Notes: generated by a model from the sequence alone, not told the origin. DNA of 64,000 nucleotides from Octopus sinensis (GCF_006345805.1 NC_042998.1:98952001-99016000); one strand, 5' to 3'. Shown: positions 1 to 10,326, numbered from the stretch's first letter. Made by a program: numbers and translations.

Positions 1-34
1 CATTTCCATATGAAATACCACTATACTTCTTTTT

Positions 35-200
35 GTTCTTGTTTCAGTGACTGTGTTGTGGCCATGCTGATGCACTACCTTGAAGGGTTTAGTCAAATAA
101 ATCAACCCTAGTACTTATTTTATTAAGTCTGGTTCTTATGTTATTGGTCTCTTTTGCTGAACCTCTAAGTTACAGGAACATAATCAAACCTACAAAAGTT
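35..200 (-). mobile_element. Degraded SINE 3' half
   Basis: Similar to the 3' part of the intact SINEs at 23039-23449 and 28885-29277 (gtttcagt...gccatgctg...gcac, tagtcaa...atcaaccc...agtacttatt). Confidence 0.6.
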
Positions 201-204
201 GCCA

Positions 205-1128
205 AGCTATATCCAGCCAAAATATTCTGTTTGTTTTATGTTCAAACTGGCCAGATCCGGCCTCTACCTATTCTAGAATGTCATTTTAAATATAGACAGT
301 CACATCATTGAAATCTCAAAGTTATGAAATCTCAAAGTAATTCAAAACAATGGAATGAGGTGGTGAAGCACAACCTTTGAACATTAGGCCTCACTGAGAC
401 AATGACTAGTGACTGAGACCTTTGGAAATATGCTGGAAATATGCTGTGTTTGAGAAGACCCGGCAAGCCAAGTGAGACCATAGCCTTGTGGCCTATGCCA
501 GGGGTGTAACCAGCCCACTTATGCATACCTTTCCTTCATTGGACACTAAGCTCTGCTTGCAAAGACCTGTTGAGGCAAGTGAAATCAAAATTGAAATCAA
601 ATTCGATGACTGGCATCTGTGCTAGTGGAGTGCTAAGAGCACCATCTGAGCATGATCGCTGCCAGAGTAGCAAACTGGCTTCTGTGCCGGTGACACATAA
701 AAAGCATCATTCGAGCATGATCGTTACCAGTGTCACCTTACTGGCACTTGTGTTGGTGGCATGTGAAAAAACATTCTGGCGAGGTCATTGCCAGTGCCGC
801 TGAACTGGCTCCTGTGCAGGTAGCATGTATAAAAAAAAACATTTGAGCATGGCTGTTGCCAGTATTGCCTGACTGGCCCTCATGTCGGTGGCACATAAAA
901 ACACCCACTACACTCTCGGAGTGGTTGGCATTAGGAAGGGCATCCAGCTGTAGAAACTCTGCCAGATCAGATTGGAGCCTGGTGCAGCCATCTAGTTTAC
1001 CAGTCCTCAGTCAAATCATCCAACCCATGCTAGCATGGAAAGCAGACATTAAACGATGATGATGATGATGATGTATGTAAATAAATAAACATTACATTTG
1101 ATAGAATAATTTGAATGCTAAAGGTTTA
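205..1128. mobile_element. TTAA-type MITE interrupted by the RTE insertion
   Basis: Segments 205-350 and 1073-1128 join into the reverse complement of the MITE at 51120-51341; right end gaatgctaaaggtttaa. Confidence 0.5.
345..1072 (+). mobile_element. 5'-truncated RTE-clade LINE 3' end (ORF C-terminus, modular 3'UTR, (ATG)n tail)
   Basis: Encodes the EVVKHNL*TLGLTE...DLWKYA-like end shared with 1828-3328; ends in ccatgctagcatgg and (gat)n. Confidence 0.85.
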
Positions 1129-1827
1129 AGTATCATTTAAATCCAGTGTTATAATTACTAAATGCAATGCTTATATGATCTTATATAATCATAAAAACTG
1201 AGTAGAGCATAACAGAAATCAGAAAAAAAAGCATTTGGGAAAAAATATCCAGAATATTTGGTCAGCTCCAAATACACGTAAAAATATCAGATAAAAATTA
1301 ATATCATTTAACAATATTCTACATTGTCTTTTTAGTACAATTTTAAAACATGAGAAAGTAGGAAATTTATTTTATATTCATGATAAAATTGAGAAAAATT
1401 GAAGCTTATTTTATTAGTAATGAATTCTGATGCTGCAGATTTATGAAAAGGAATGAGTTTGCAAATTAATAAAATAGGCTCTTTCCTCAGTTAACTGAAT
1501 TTAATCTCAAAAAATATTTGTTCAGTCATTACTACTAGACTTTGGTTTCTTTAAACTACAACTCAGGCCTTCATAGGTCCACCTATCAATGGGTTTGTGC
1601 GTGTGCGCATGTGTGTGTGTGTGCGTGCGTGTGTGCCTGTCTGTGTGTGTGCAAAGGTAATGCTTTGGTTTCACTGCATGTTCAAAGGAAATTATTCCTT
1701 TTGTTTTTACAAATTATACACTATTTTCTCAGTTGAAGATGTCCAAGAGCCTTCCAAATGTTCTATTACCATTTTCTGTTGCAGTAGCTCAGTTATCATT
1801 TTCCTTATCAAATTGTATTACTTGTAA

Positions 1828-3328
1828 TACAGGTGTGGAAGGAGGGTCTAGAATCGAGGGGCCTTAGAGTCAACCTAGCTAAAACCAAAGTACTAATAAG
1901 TAGGAAGGTAGACAATCCACAAATGTCTTCAGGAAGATGGCCCTGCTCGATCTGTAGAAAAGGTGTAGGTAGAAACTCTATAAGATGTACCCAGTGTAAG
2001 CTATGAACACATAAGAGGTGCAGCAATGTCAAAGGAAGGCTAACTGGGAAGATAGTTTTTGTATATGGCTGATGCTCGGGAGCATTAACCTCTGAAAATC
2101 TGCAGAAAACAACTTCCGTCACTTTCCAGGGGAAAAAACTAGAAGTAGTTGATAGCTTCCGTTATCTTGGTGACCAAGTCAGTAGTGGGGGTGGGTGTGC
2201 TGAAAGTGTAACGGCTAGAGTAAGAATAGCCTGGGCAAAGTTTAGGGAGCTCTTACCTCTGCTGGTGACTAAAGGCCTCTCACTCAGAGTAAAAGGCAGA
2301 CTGTATGATGCATGTGTACGAACAGCCATGCTACATGGCAGTGAAACATGGGCCGTGACTGCTGAGGACATGCATAAGCTCGCGAGAAATGAAGCCAGTA
2401 TGCTCCGATAGATGTGTAATGTCAGTGTGCATGCTCGACAGAGCGTTAGTACCCTGAGAGAAATGTTGGACTTAAGGAGTATCAGTTGTGGTGTGCAAGA
2501 GAGACGATTGCGCTGGTATGGTCATGTGGCGAGAATGGATGAAGATAGGTGTGTGAAAGAGTGCCAATCCCTAGCAGTGGAGGGAACCCGTGGAAGAGGT
2601 AGACCCAGGAAAACTTGGGACGAGGTGGTGAAGCACGACCTTTGAACTTTAGGTCTCACTGAGGAAATGACCTGCGACCGAGACCTTTGGAAATATGCTG
2701 TGCGTGAAAAGACCAGGCAGGACAAGTGAGTCCAGCCCACTTATGCATGCCTTTCCTCCCTTGGACACACAAAGACCTGTTGAGGCAAGCGAAGTCGATA
2801 TCGAACCTCATCCGACGACAGGCACCTATGCCTACCCCCCTTTGCTTGCGAAGACCTGTTGGGGCAAGTGAAATCGAAATCGAAATTGGAATCGAAATTG
2901 AACCAATCCTATGAGTGGCACCTGGCAGATGCCAGGACCCCTGGAGTGGAGATACGTAAAAAGCACTATCCGAATTGTGGCCGATGCCAGCGCCACCTCG
3001 ACTGGCTTCCGTGTCGGTGGCACGTAAAAAGCACCATCCGAATCATAGCTGAAGCCAGTGCCGCCTTGACTGGCTTCCGTGCAGGTGGCACGTAAAATGC
3101 ACCAATCTGACCGTGGCCGATGCCAGCCTCGCCTGGTCCCAGTGCAGGTGGCACGTAAAAAGCACCCACTACACTCACGGAGTGGTTGGCGTTAGGAAGG
3201 GCATCCAGCTGTAGAAACAAGACCGGAGCCTGGGGCAGCCTTCTGGCTTCCCAGATCCCCGGTCGAACCGTCCAACCCATGCTAGCATGGAGAACGGACG
3301 TTAAACGATGATGATGATGATGATGATG
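1828..3328 (+). mobile_element. 5'-truncated RTE-clade LINE (post-RT C-terminal ORF with stops, 3'UTR, (ATG)n tail)
   Basis: Translates QVWKEGLESRGLRVNLAKTK...VDSFRYLGD...RIAWAKFRELLPLL...LLHGSETW-like...RLRWYGHVARM...GRGRPRKTW, typical of RTE ORF2. Confidence 0.9.
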
Positions 3329-3386
3329 TAACAACACTGTATCAACCAGACTATCAGATTTTATTATACACCACAATGCACATTAT

Positions 3387-3600
3387 GGAGGCGCATGGCT
3401 TAGAGGTTGTGGTGTTGAACTCATGATTGTAAGATTGTGGTTTTGATTCCTGGACTACATGACACATGTTCTTGAGCAAAACACTTCATTTCACATTGCT
3501 CCAGTGCACTCAGCTGACAAATATGTGTAATAGTGTGATGGGCCTGTGTCCTATCCAAGTGGGGAATATATATATGCCATGGAAACCAGGAAGTCAACCC
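3387..3600 (+). mobile_element. Degraded tRNA-derived SINE
   Basis: Head tggaggcgcatggcttagaggtt...ttttgattcctgg with A/B-box remnants; body matches SINEs at 25966 and 51514. Confidence 0.65.
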
Positions 3601-4075
3601 TTATAATTCGGCATGACTTGAGATAGTAACTTTATTTTGCTTTACAATGCACAACCTCACATTGTTGTAACTTCTGAATGATGCTACCCCACTGGCTAAG
3701 TGGGTAGCCAAACTGTATCTCTTAACAGAATGCCAGCCCATTGCAGCTGACTGGATTGGAGTAATGTGAAAAAAACTTTTTTTCTACTTTTTTGTTCAAG
3801 AACACAACACATCAGTTATCTGGGTTTTGAAACCATGATTTTGCAATCATGATTGCAACACTTGGCCATGCATTTCAATCTGTCTTATGACAGAAAATTA
3901 TTTCACATATCATTTTATAGTGTAACAGTTTTCATATTAAAGAGAGAGCAAGTTAAGTAACAGTCAAATACTGTGGGCTTCAATAAAATAACATTTTACT
4001 CTACGTTTGGTATTCCAGTACTATTTTTCAACTTGTTTTGCACCAATGTGCTAACTTGTGTTTGTATGTGTATGT

Positions 4076-4110
<35 letters not shown>

Positions 4111-4145
4111 TGTATATATAAGCTGTGTAAAGAAGTGCTGTGAAA

Positions 4146-5558
4146 TGGGGTTACTTTGAACACAGGTAACTTTGGACAAAATATAATATTTTGTTTCCTC
4201 TTATTGCTTTTTACTAAAATTTCTTACAGAATTGTTTAAATGTGTTGTTAAACTTTAGAATTATATTTCTATGATAGTATAATTTCAATACATAAAGTAA
4301 AATTTGTAAATATAACTTTGGTTATCCATGCAAAGAAAGAATTTGTCAACTTCTTCAAATTCCAGCAAAACAAACATTTTTGCAAGATATGAATACTTTT
4401 GTCAGTAGCTAAAGCACTTCTTGCATAAATGATACAAGCTTTTGTTAAAATATGATGTTAATATAACTAGTTAATAATTTTCTATTGAAGTGTTCTTATA
4501 ATTTTGGTATCTTTGTAAAAACACTGTTCAAAGTAACCCTGATTACTGTTTCTGGCAGTAAGCAAGCTGCCACCACCCAGTTCCACACATATGCTTCAAT
4601 CCCATGACGTGGCATTCTATTGGCCTCTGAAAAAGCAGTTGGAGAAAAATCTTAAATGATTGGAAAGCTTATGGCAAGGAGAACTCAAAGACCTTAACTA
4701 AAGATGCTTTTCCTGCTCTGTTCACACAGCTGCATGCTGCTCTCTTTCGTGATGGTGTCACTCATAGCAAGACTCTGCAAAGTGGGTTCAAGAAATGTGG
4801 AATTCATCCTTTTCATCCAGACAAAGTTTTGGATCAGCTACTAGACCATGAAGTGAGCAAAGAGGATGATGAAGCAAAGAGTTTCAGATGTTGTGTTGGG
4901 AATGCTAAAGTCAAAGAGAGGAGTGGATGAGAGCAAACCAAAGAGACAAAAGAAGTTGCATGTTGCCCCTGGCAAAAGTATAAGTGCTGAGGACATCAGT
5001 GCTTCTGGTTGTGAAATGATGGCCACCAGTTCATCAACAGTTATAGAGAAGCATGGAGAAAGAGAGCAGCAAGAGAATTTCTATGATGAAGAGCTAAACT
5101 CTGTGGATAGTGATGTTTCTATGAATGAATGTGACAGACATTTCGGTACTTCAGACATGGTATGAGCAGAAAATACAGAAAGACAAAGTAGTTTTGTTGG
5201 AAACTTTGTCATTGTGAGGTATGAAGGGAAAACATTTCCTGGTCAAGTGATCTCAACTGGAAGTGATGGAGCTCTTGTGTCATCATTGACAAAATATAAA
5301 AAGATAGGGTGGAGGTAGCCACTGAAGGAGGATAAATTTGTCTATGACTAGGAAGATGTGGTAAAAATGAAAACAGAGATTCCACTGAGCAACAGGGGTT
5401 TCTATTGATTCCCTGGCCTTGAAAAAGAATAGGGAATATAAAATGTGCCTTACTGATAACTGTGTGACATTTTCTTTAGTACTACAACACTTAAAGCTGT
5501 TCATTAACTTTTCTTTTGTATTTGTTAATAAAAAACATTACTGTTCAAAGTAATCCCA
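4146..5558 (+). mobile_element. pogo/Tigger-like (Tc1/mariner superfamily) DNA transposon relic, internally deleted
   Basis: 17-bp inverted repeat tggggttactttgaaca (4146-4162) / tgttcaaagtaatccca (5542-5558), a third copy at 4525-4539; transposase remnant in between. Confidence 0.75.
4565..5432 (+). pseudogene. DDE_1-type transposase C-terminal fragment with frameshifts and stops
   Basis: LPPPSSTHMLQSHDVAFYWPLKKQ/WRKILNDWK...LQSGFKKCGIHPFHPDKVL, then KKLHVAPGKSISAED and VGNFVIVRYEGKTFPGQV. Confidence 0.75.
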
Positions 5559-6458
5559 AGTGTCTGGCACCAACATCGTACCAGGCAATGCCAGTGTGGT
5601 ACCATACAGTAACTCTGCAGAAGAAAACCCCAGGTCTGCCTTGACAGCTGTGCGACAACCAAGAAGCACAATTGGCAGAAATTCAATCCAGGACTGTGGA
5701 TCCGAGGAAGCACGAAGAGCGGCCTTGAGCTGTCTATGGAACCGTTCAACTAAACCTAAAATGCGCGACAATTCGCGAAATAGCGAAGCTTCAAACTGAC
5801 GTCCATGATCAGTAGTCAATCTGGACGGAACTCCGAAATGGGAAATCCAGTTTGAAACAAAGGCTCGCGCAACAGTCTCAGCAGAAATGTCTGCTATCGG
5901 AATGGCTTCTGGCCAGTGGGAGAAACGATCGACACAAGTTAACAGATAAGAAAACCCGCGACTCATAGGCCATGGTCCAACCAGATCGATGTGGACATGG
6001 CGAAAACAGGCCTCCGTAGGGGGAAAATGTCCAAGCGGGGCACGAACGTGCCGTTGAATCTTCGACCGTTGACACTTGGAGCAGGTGTGTGTCCAAGAAG
6101 TAATAGTGCGATGCATATTCAGCCAGAAAAACCGAGCAGTGGTCAGCTTAAGGGTGGCAGCGATGCCAGGATGTGATAAGGAGTGCAGTGCTTCAAACAC
6201 TGAGCGTTGATGATTCTCAGGCACGAGTGGCCTCGGAGAACCAGTGGAAGTATCACAAAGAATGGTGCCTTCGGCTGACAGAAGCAGAAGGTAGGAAAAC
6301 TGGCAACAGGAGAATTTGGGAGAAGTTAAGTCTAACGACGCCAAAGGTGGCTGCTCCTGCGAGATGGCAGTTAAGTCGATAGCAGCAGGAGACGAAAGGG
6401 TGCAGACTGGAAGGCGAGAGAGAGCGTCAGCAGGAACGTTCTCTTTTCCAGGTATGTG
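5538..6458 (-). pseudogene. pol: Integrase part of pol (in frame with PR-RT-RH after a premature TGA; internally deleted; C-terminally truncated)
   Basis: HSLSH...CSKC zinc finger, HIDLVGP, TTDHGRQFE, LVERFHRQLK; same frame as 6459-8294. Confidence 0.9.
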
Positions 6459-8225
6459 TCAAATGTTACTAGTGAATTGAGAGATAAAATCCAGGTGCCG
6501 GAAAGCACGAGGCGATAGTTTGTCCGTTTTTGAACACAGGGCAAACGTAAGGGGCTTGTGATCCGTATAGATCACAAAATCTCGCCCTTCAAGTTGATGC
6601 TGGAAATGACGAACCGATAGATAGATCGCTAGGAGCTCACGATCAAAGGTGCTGTATCGTCGTTCAGCTGGTTGCAGTTGGCGGGAAAAGAAAGCCAGAG
6701 GTCGAATATGATCATCCACTGTGTGTTGTAACACAGCGCAAATCGCAGTGTCCGATGCGTCTACAGTCAAAGAGAGAGAAGCACCAGGAACCGGATGTGC
6801 AAGCAAAGAAACAGAAGCCAGCTCCTTCTTAATGGACGCAAAGGCTGTCAGTGCCTCAACAGAGAGGGTGACTTGACCGTCCTTTCTAGAAGTGTCCTTT
6901 AATAGCCTGGTGAGAGGAAGTAGCTTATCTGCACAACTGGGAATAAAACGTCTGTAGAAATTGATCATCCCTAGATAATGCCTGAGCTGGCGCAAGGAAG
7001 TGGGAGGTGCGATGCGTTGAATGGCATCGACCTTTGACGACAGGGGGCTGATTCCACTTGAATCAATATGATGGCCTAGAAAATCTAGGGAAGAGCGTCC
7101 GAAAACACACTTGTCGGGATTTATACGTATACTATAAGCGCGAAGACGCTGAAAAAGCTGAGAATGGTGCTGGAGATGATTTTCACGTGTGTCGCTCACA
7201 ATGAGTATATCATCGACATAGGCAAACACAAAATCAAGACTGCGAACAACCTCATCAATGAAACGCTGGAAAGTGCTGGTAGCATTCCGCAAACCGAAAC
7301 TCATATACAAAAACTCAAAACACCCAAAAGGGGTAGTGATCGTAGTTTTCGGAATGTCGGCTGGGTTGACCGGTATTTGATGGTACGCGCGTATAAGGTC
7401 GACCTTCGAAAAAATAGTACAACCATGGAGATTTGCCGTAAAGTCCTGTAGAATTCTGATTGGATATCTGTCGGCTATTGTTACGGCATTGAGGCATCGA
7501 TAGTCTCCTACCGGGCGAAAATCAGACTCGCCCTTTTGCGCCAAATGAAGGGGAGACACCCATGGGCTGGTGGAGGGCCGTATAAGGCCAAGTTGAAGCA
7601 TGTGCTCAAACTCGGCCCTAGCCAATCTTAGTCGGTCAGGCGCAAGGCGCTGTGGGCGCGAAAATACAGGCGGCCCAGTGGTAGTGATAAAATGGAGTGT
7701 CGAGTGGGTAGGCTTTTCCGGTTGAAAGGCAATGTCCACTAGCTCCGGAAATGAAGCCAAAAGAGAGTGAAAAGCATCTCCAGAGGTGGCAACAAAGAAT
7801 GTCGGGCTAAGGACCGCATTGGTGGAACTCCCAGTCGGCGTAAAGAGCGACGTCGTGCTATCAAGAAGCCTCCGACGCCTGACATCCACCAATAGCTTAA
7901 ACCTATACAAGAAATCAGCGCCGAGAATAGGATGCGGGATGTCAGCGATGACGAAAACCCATTGAAAATCTCGATGAAGGTTGATGTCAAGGCGCAGCAA
8001 AATCTGACCGAAGGTGGTTATGGGAGACGAGTCAATGGCATGCAAGACAATTGAAGAGCACTTGGGCTTGTCTGCAGTCAGACGAAGGGGCCAGATGCTG
8101 CAACAAGAGCCGGTGTCCACCATGAAGAATTTCTTTGACACCAGATCTTTCACAAAGAACGCACGATTTTTGGGAAATGAGAAGGAAGAAGGTGACGTGC
8201 TCACCTCCTCCAGATTTAGTTTCCC
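6459..8225 (-). CDS. pol: Pol: aspartic protease, reverse transcriptase, RNase H (-1 frame relative to gag)
   Basis: MVDTGS protease, YVDDILI RT motif, VDASD/DRELL/YTDHKPL RNase H; stop at 6461-6459 in SNI*HIPGKENVPADALSR, probably CGA>TGA. Confidence 0.95.
   Translation of the reverse strand, partial: GKLNLEEVSTSPSSFSFPKNRAFFVKDLVSKKFFMVDTGSCCSIWPLRLTADKPKCSSIVLHAIDSSPITTFGQILLRLDINLHRDFQWVFVIADIPHPILGADFLYRFKLLVDVRRRRLLDSTTSLFTPTGSSTNAVLSPTFFVATSGDAFHSLLASFPELVDIAFQPEKPTHSTLHFITTTGPPVFSRPQRLAPDRLRLARAEFEHMLQLGLIRPSTSPWVSPLHLAQKGESDFRPVGDYRCLNAVTIADRYPIRILQDFTANLHGCTIFSKVDLIRAYHQIPVNPADIPKTTITTPFGCFEFLYMSFGLRNATSTFQRFIDEVVRSLDFVFAYVDDILIVSDTRENHLQHHSQLFQRLRAYSIRINPDKCVFGRSSLDFLGHHIDSSGISPLSSKVDAIQRIAPPTSLRQLRHYLGMINFYRRFIPSCADKLLPLTRLLKDTSRKDGQVTLSVEALTAFASIKKELASVSLLAHPVPGASLSLTVDASDTAICAVLQHTVDDHIRPLAFFSRQLQPAERRYSTFDRELLAIYLSVRHFQHQLEGRDFVIYTDHKPLTFALCSKTDKLSPRAFRHLDFISQFTSNI
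8185..8225 (-). promoter_or_regulatory. -1 programmed ribosomal frameshift signal
   Basis: Slippery G GGA AAC (8225-8219) directly before the gag TAA, 7-nt spacer, 11-bp stem GGAGGAGGTGA/TCACCTTCTTC with a GCACG loop. Confidence 0.85.
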
Positions 8226-8965
8226 GAGGGCTGGAAAGTGCACGGCTGGGTACACCGTTCTGCCTTTTCGGCATACTTTGAATGGTACCAGCACCAGCCA
8301 AAACGAGAAACAGAGTCACTCCGACTACGGGAAACAGAGCCACTGCGACTACGACTGCGAGGTCGGCGCCCGATCGCACGGCACAGATCATTGATTCGCT
8401 GTGTAAGCGCATCGATCTTCTTGGCTAATGAATTTTTCGTCGGAGAAGGTGTCGGAGGGGGCTCTGTACATGCGTACAGGCCCTGCGATGGAGATGGTCG
8501 CGAAAATTCTAATATTTTGTCGGCCATTGTGGCAATCTGGTCTACTGACACAGACTCCAGTGCCGTGGCCAACATTGTCTGCACGTGGGCAGGCAACCTG
8601 GAGAAGAATATCTTCCGTAAGAGTGGCGCGTCTGCTGCATTGCCGCTTAGCTCCCTTAGGTGGCGCAGGAACTGGGATGGAGTCCTGTCCCCCAACTGTT
8701 CGGCGGCCATCAGCTCATTGAATTGACTCTCCTCCGACCGTGTGTTGCGGCGGAGGATTTCGGCTTTTACTGACGCGTATGTGGCGTCAGGGTGGGGACT
8801 CATTATGAGATCCCTGACCGATGTGGCGAATCGGGAAGGCAAACTCGAGTATAGCAGATGCAACTGCTGCTGTGGAGGAACGGCATGTGTGGAAAAATGC
8901 GACTCCACCTGGGCAAGCCACAGTCCCGCATCCCCTGTGAATGAAGGCAAACCTGATGCAGCCAT
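8216..8965 (-). CDS. gag: Gag, 249 aa, intact
   Basis: N-terminal LPSFTGDAGLWLAQVESHF, LGDRTPSQFLRHLREL, C-terminal CWYHSKYAEKAERCTQPC (CHCC). Confidence 0.92.
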   Translation of the reverse strand: MAASGLPSFTGDAGLWLAQVESHFSTHAVPPQQQLHLLYSSLPSRFATSVRDLIMSPHPDATYASVKAEILRRNTRSEESQFNELMAAEQLGDRTPSQFLRHLRELSGNAADAPLLRKIFFSRLPAHVQTMLATALESVSVDQIATMADKILEFSRPSPSQGLYACTEPPPTPSPTKNSLAKKIDALTQRINDLCRAIGRRPRSRSRSGSVSRSRSDSVSRFGWCWYHSKYAEKAERCTQPCTFQPSGN

Positions 8966-9342
8966 GTTTGTCCGAAGAATCGTCTGTCAGAAAGGGGCAG
9001 AAGGTATGAACGAGAAGTGGAGAACACGTGGAACCGACAAAGCAAATCAAAATCGTGTTTTGTGTACTGGTGTGTGTGTGTGTGCACCTCGTGGGTAGTA
9101 AAGAATAAGTGTGTGTGTGCACAAAGGAAAAACAAAAGGTACAGAAAAGAAAAAAAAATAATGTGTGTGTGTTTCTTTTTTTTTTTTTTTTTCAGTGTAC
9201 TGAGTGCAATGAATAAAACTTTTGTTTGTACTCACCTCGCCGTCCTGAGGAAAAGAAAAATGAAAGTGAAAACTGAGTGTTCAGTGCTCTAACTGGCAAA
9301 ACCTGTTCGCTGCGTCTTCTGTTCTTTTTTTTTTTCCTACTT

Positions 9343-9352
9343 GGGGTCACCA
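9343..9352 (-). promoter_or_regulatory. Primer binding site, tRNA-Trp
   Basis: TGGTGACCCC 2 nt downstream of the LTR end; complementary to the 3' end ...GGGGUCACCA of eukaryotic tRNA-Trp. Confidence 0.85.
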
Positions 9353-9354
9353 AT

Positions 9355-9757
9355 TGTAACAGGGTCTGGAATCGGTGTCACTGAAGGGGTGTTCGATCCG
9401 ATCCCGTCACATTCAATTTAGTTAAATATAACAGATGAAGTCAGGTTATCTGGGAAAGACAGCAGTGTTGTTTATTATTCGTGATGGTGTACGTATTTCT
9501 GAAGGGAAAACGACAGCCGAATCTGTTGTACAGCTTCTTGTTGGTTGGTTTAAGTGATTCGATGTCGTCCGCGGCTAAGTCGGTGTAGTTATCAGAGACT
9601 ACCAAATGCACGTCTGTTCACGAGGGCTGAAATGGCCAGAGAGAGTGATCGAGTTTACTGTTCCTTAGGGGTCAGTTTCCCGCACATGCGCATGGGGAAG
9701 ACTTCCAGTGGCCACCCGGAAGTAGTCCCATTCTGTGCATGCGCGCTGAACCTTACA
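9355..9757 (-). repeat. 5' LTR, 403 bp
   Basis: TGTAA...TTACA termini, AATAAA on the minus strand near 9471-9476, adjacent PBS; no second copy in the window. Confidence 0.85.
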
Positions 9758-9940
9758 CAGTAGCATCACTACAGAACCCAGCACACTCTGTTAAGTGTTT
9801 GGCATGAGGAAGAGCATCCAACTTCAGAAACCATGTCACAACAGACAATTAATATCTGGACATCTCCCTGCTAGCCAGCTCCATGTCAAACTGTTGAACC
9901 CATGCCAGCATGAAAAGTGGATGTTAAACGACAATGATGC
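9758..9940 (+). mobile_element. Degraded RTE-tail/SINE 3' fragment, the target into which the LTR element inserted
   Basis: cacactctg...ggcatgaggaagagcatcca...ccatgccagcatg...gttaaacgac, as in other RTE tails. Confidence 0.6.
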
Positions 9941-10120
9941 ATTGTAGTGCTTAAGTGTATTTGAGTTAAAACTTTGAAGTCTGCACTCAGGACAAGGTCC
10001 ATGGTGTCGAGAGATCCAAAACAATCTGATATGAAGATGTAATGCAGATAAATGCAATTAGGCTTGACACATATACTTCTAGAATATATGTAGATACATG
10101 TATATATATATATATATAAT

Positions 10121-10326
10121 GTGACCACGTGTGTACTGTTGGTGATCTTTTTTCCTCTGTCTTCCCTTCTCTGGATCTTTCCTTCTCCTATGTTTCCGAC
10201 GAAGAGCTCCGCTCGAAACGTTAAGCCCTCCTTCTTCCCTTCTTTCCTGAGCGTCCAATAATACTATATTTGTTCCATGTCCTTGCGTTGTTGTGTTTTT
10301 TGTGCCTTCTTGTTTGGATTAACTTT
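10121..10326 (+). mobile_element. Short Penelope-like/retrozyme-like fragment between (TA)n tracts with a minimal hammerhead-like motif at 10192-10226
   Basis: GTTT-CCGACGA-A-GAGC tcc GCTC-GAAACGTT-AAGC. Confidence 0.55.

Larger units (their letters stand above)
5559..9757 (-). mobile_element. Ty3/Gypsy LTR retrotransposon, probably CsRn1/Kabuki/Boudicca-like clade; 3' end and 3' LTR missing
   Basis: 5' LTR, PBS, gag, then PR-RT-RH-IN order; CX2HX9CX3C Gag motif and tRNA-Trp PBS are hallmarks of that clade. Confidence 0.95.

Noticed and set aside
7164-8726. Plus-strand ORFs opposite gag/pol
   Set aside because: Antisense shadows of the retrotransposon coding frames with no recognisable motifs.
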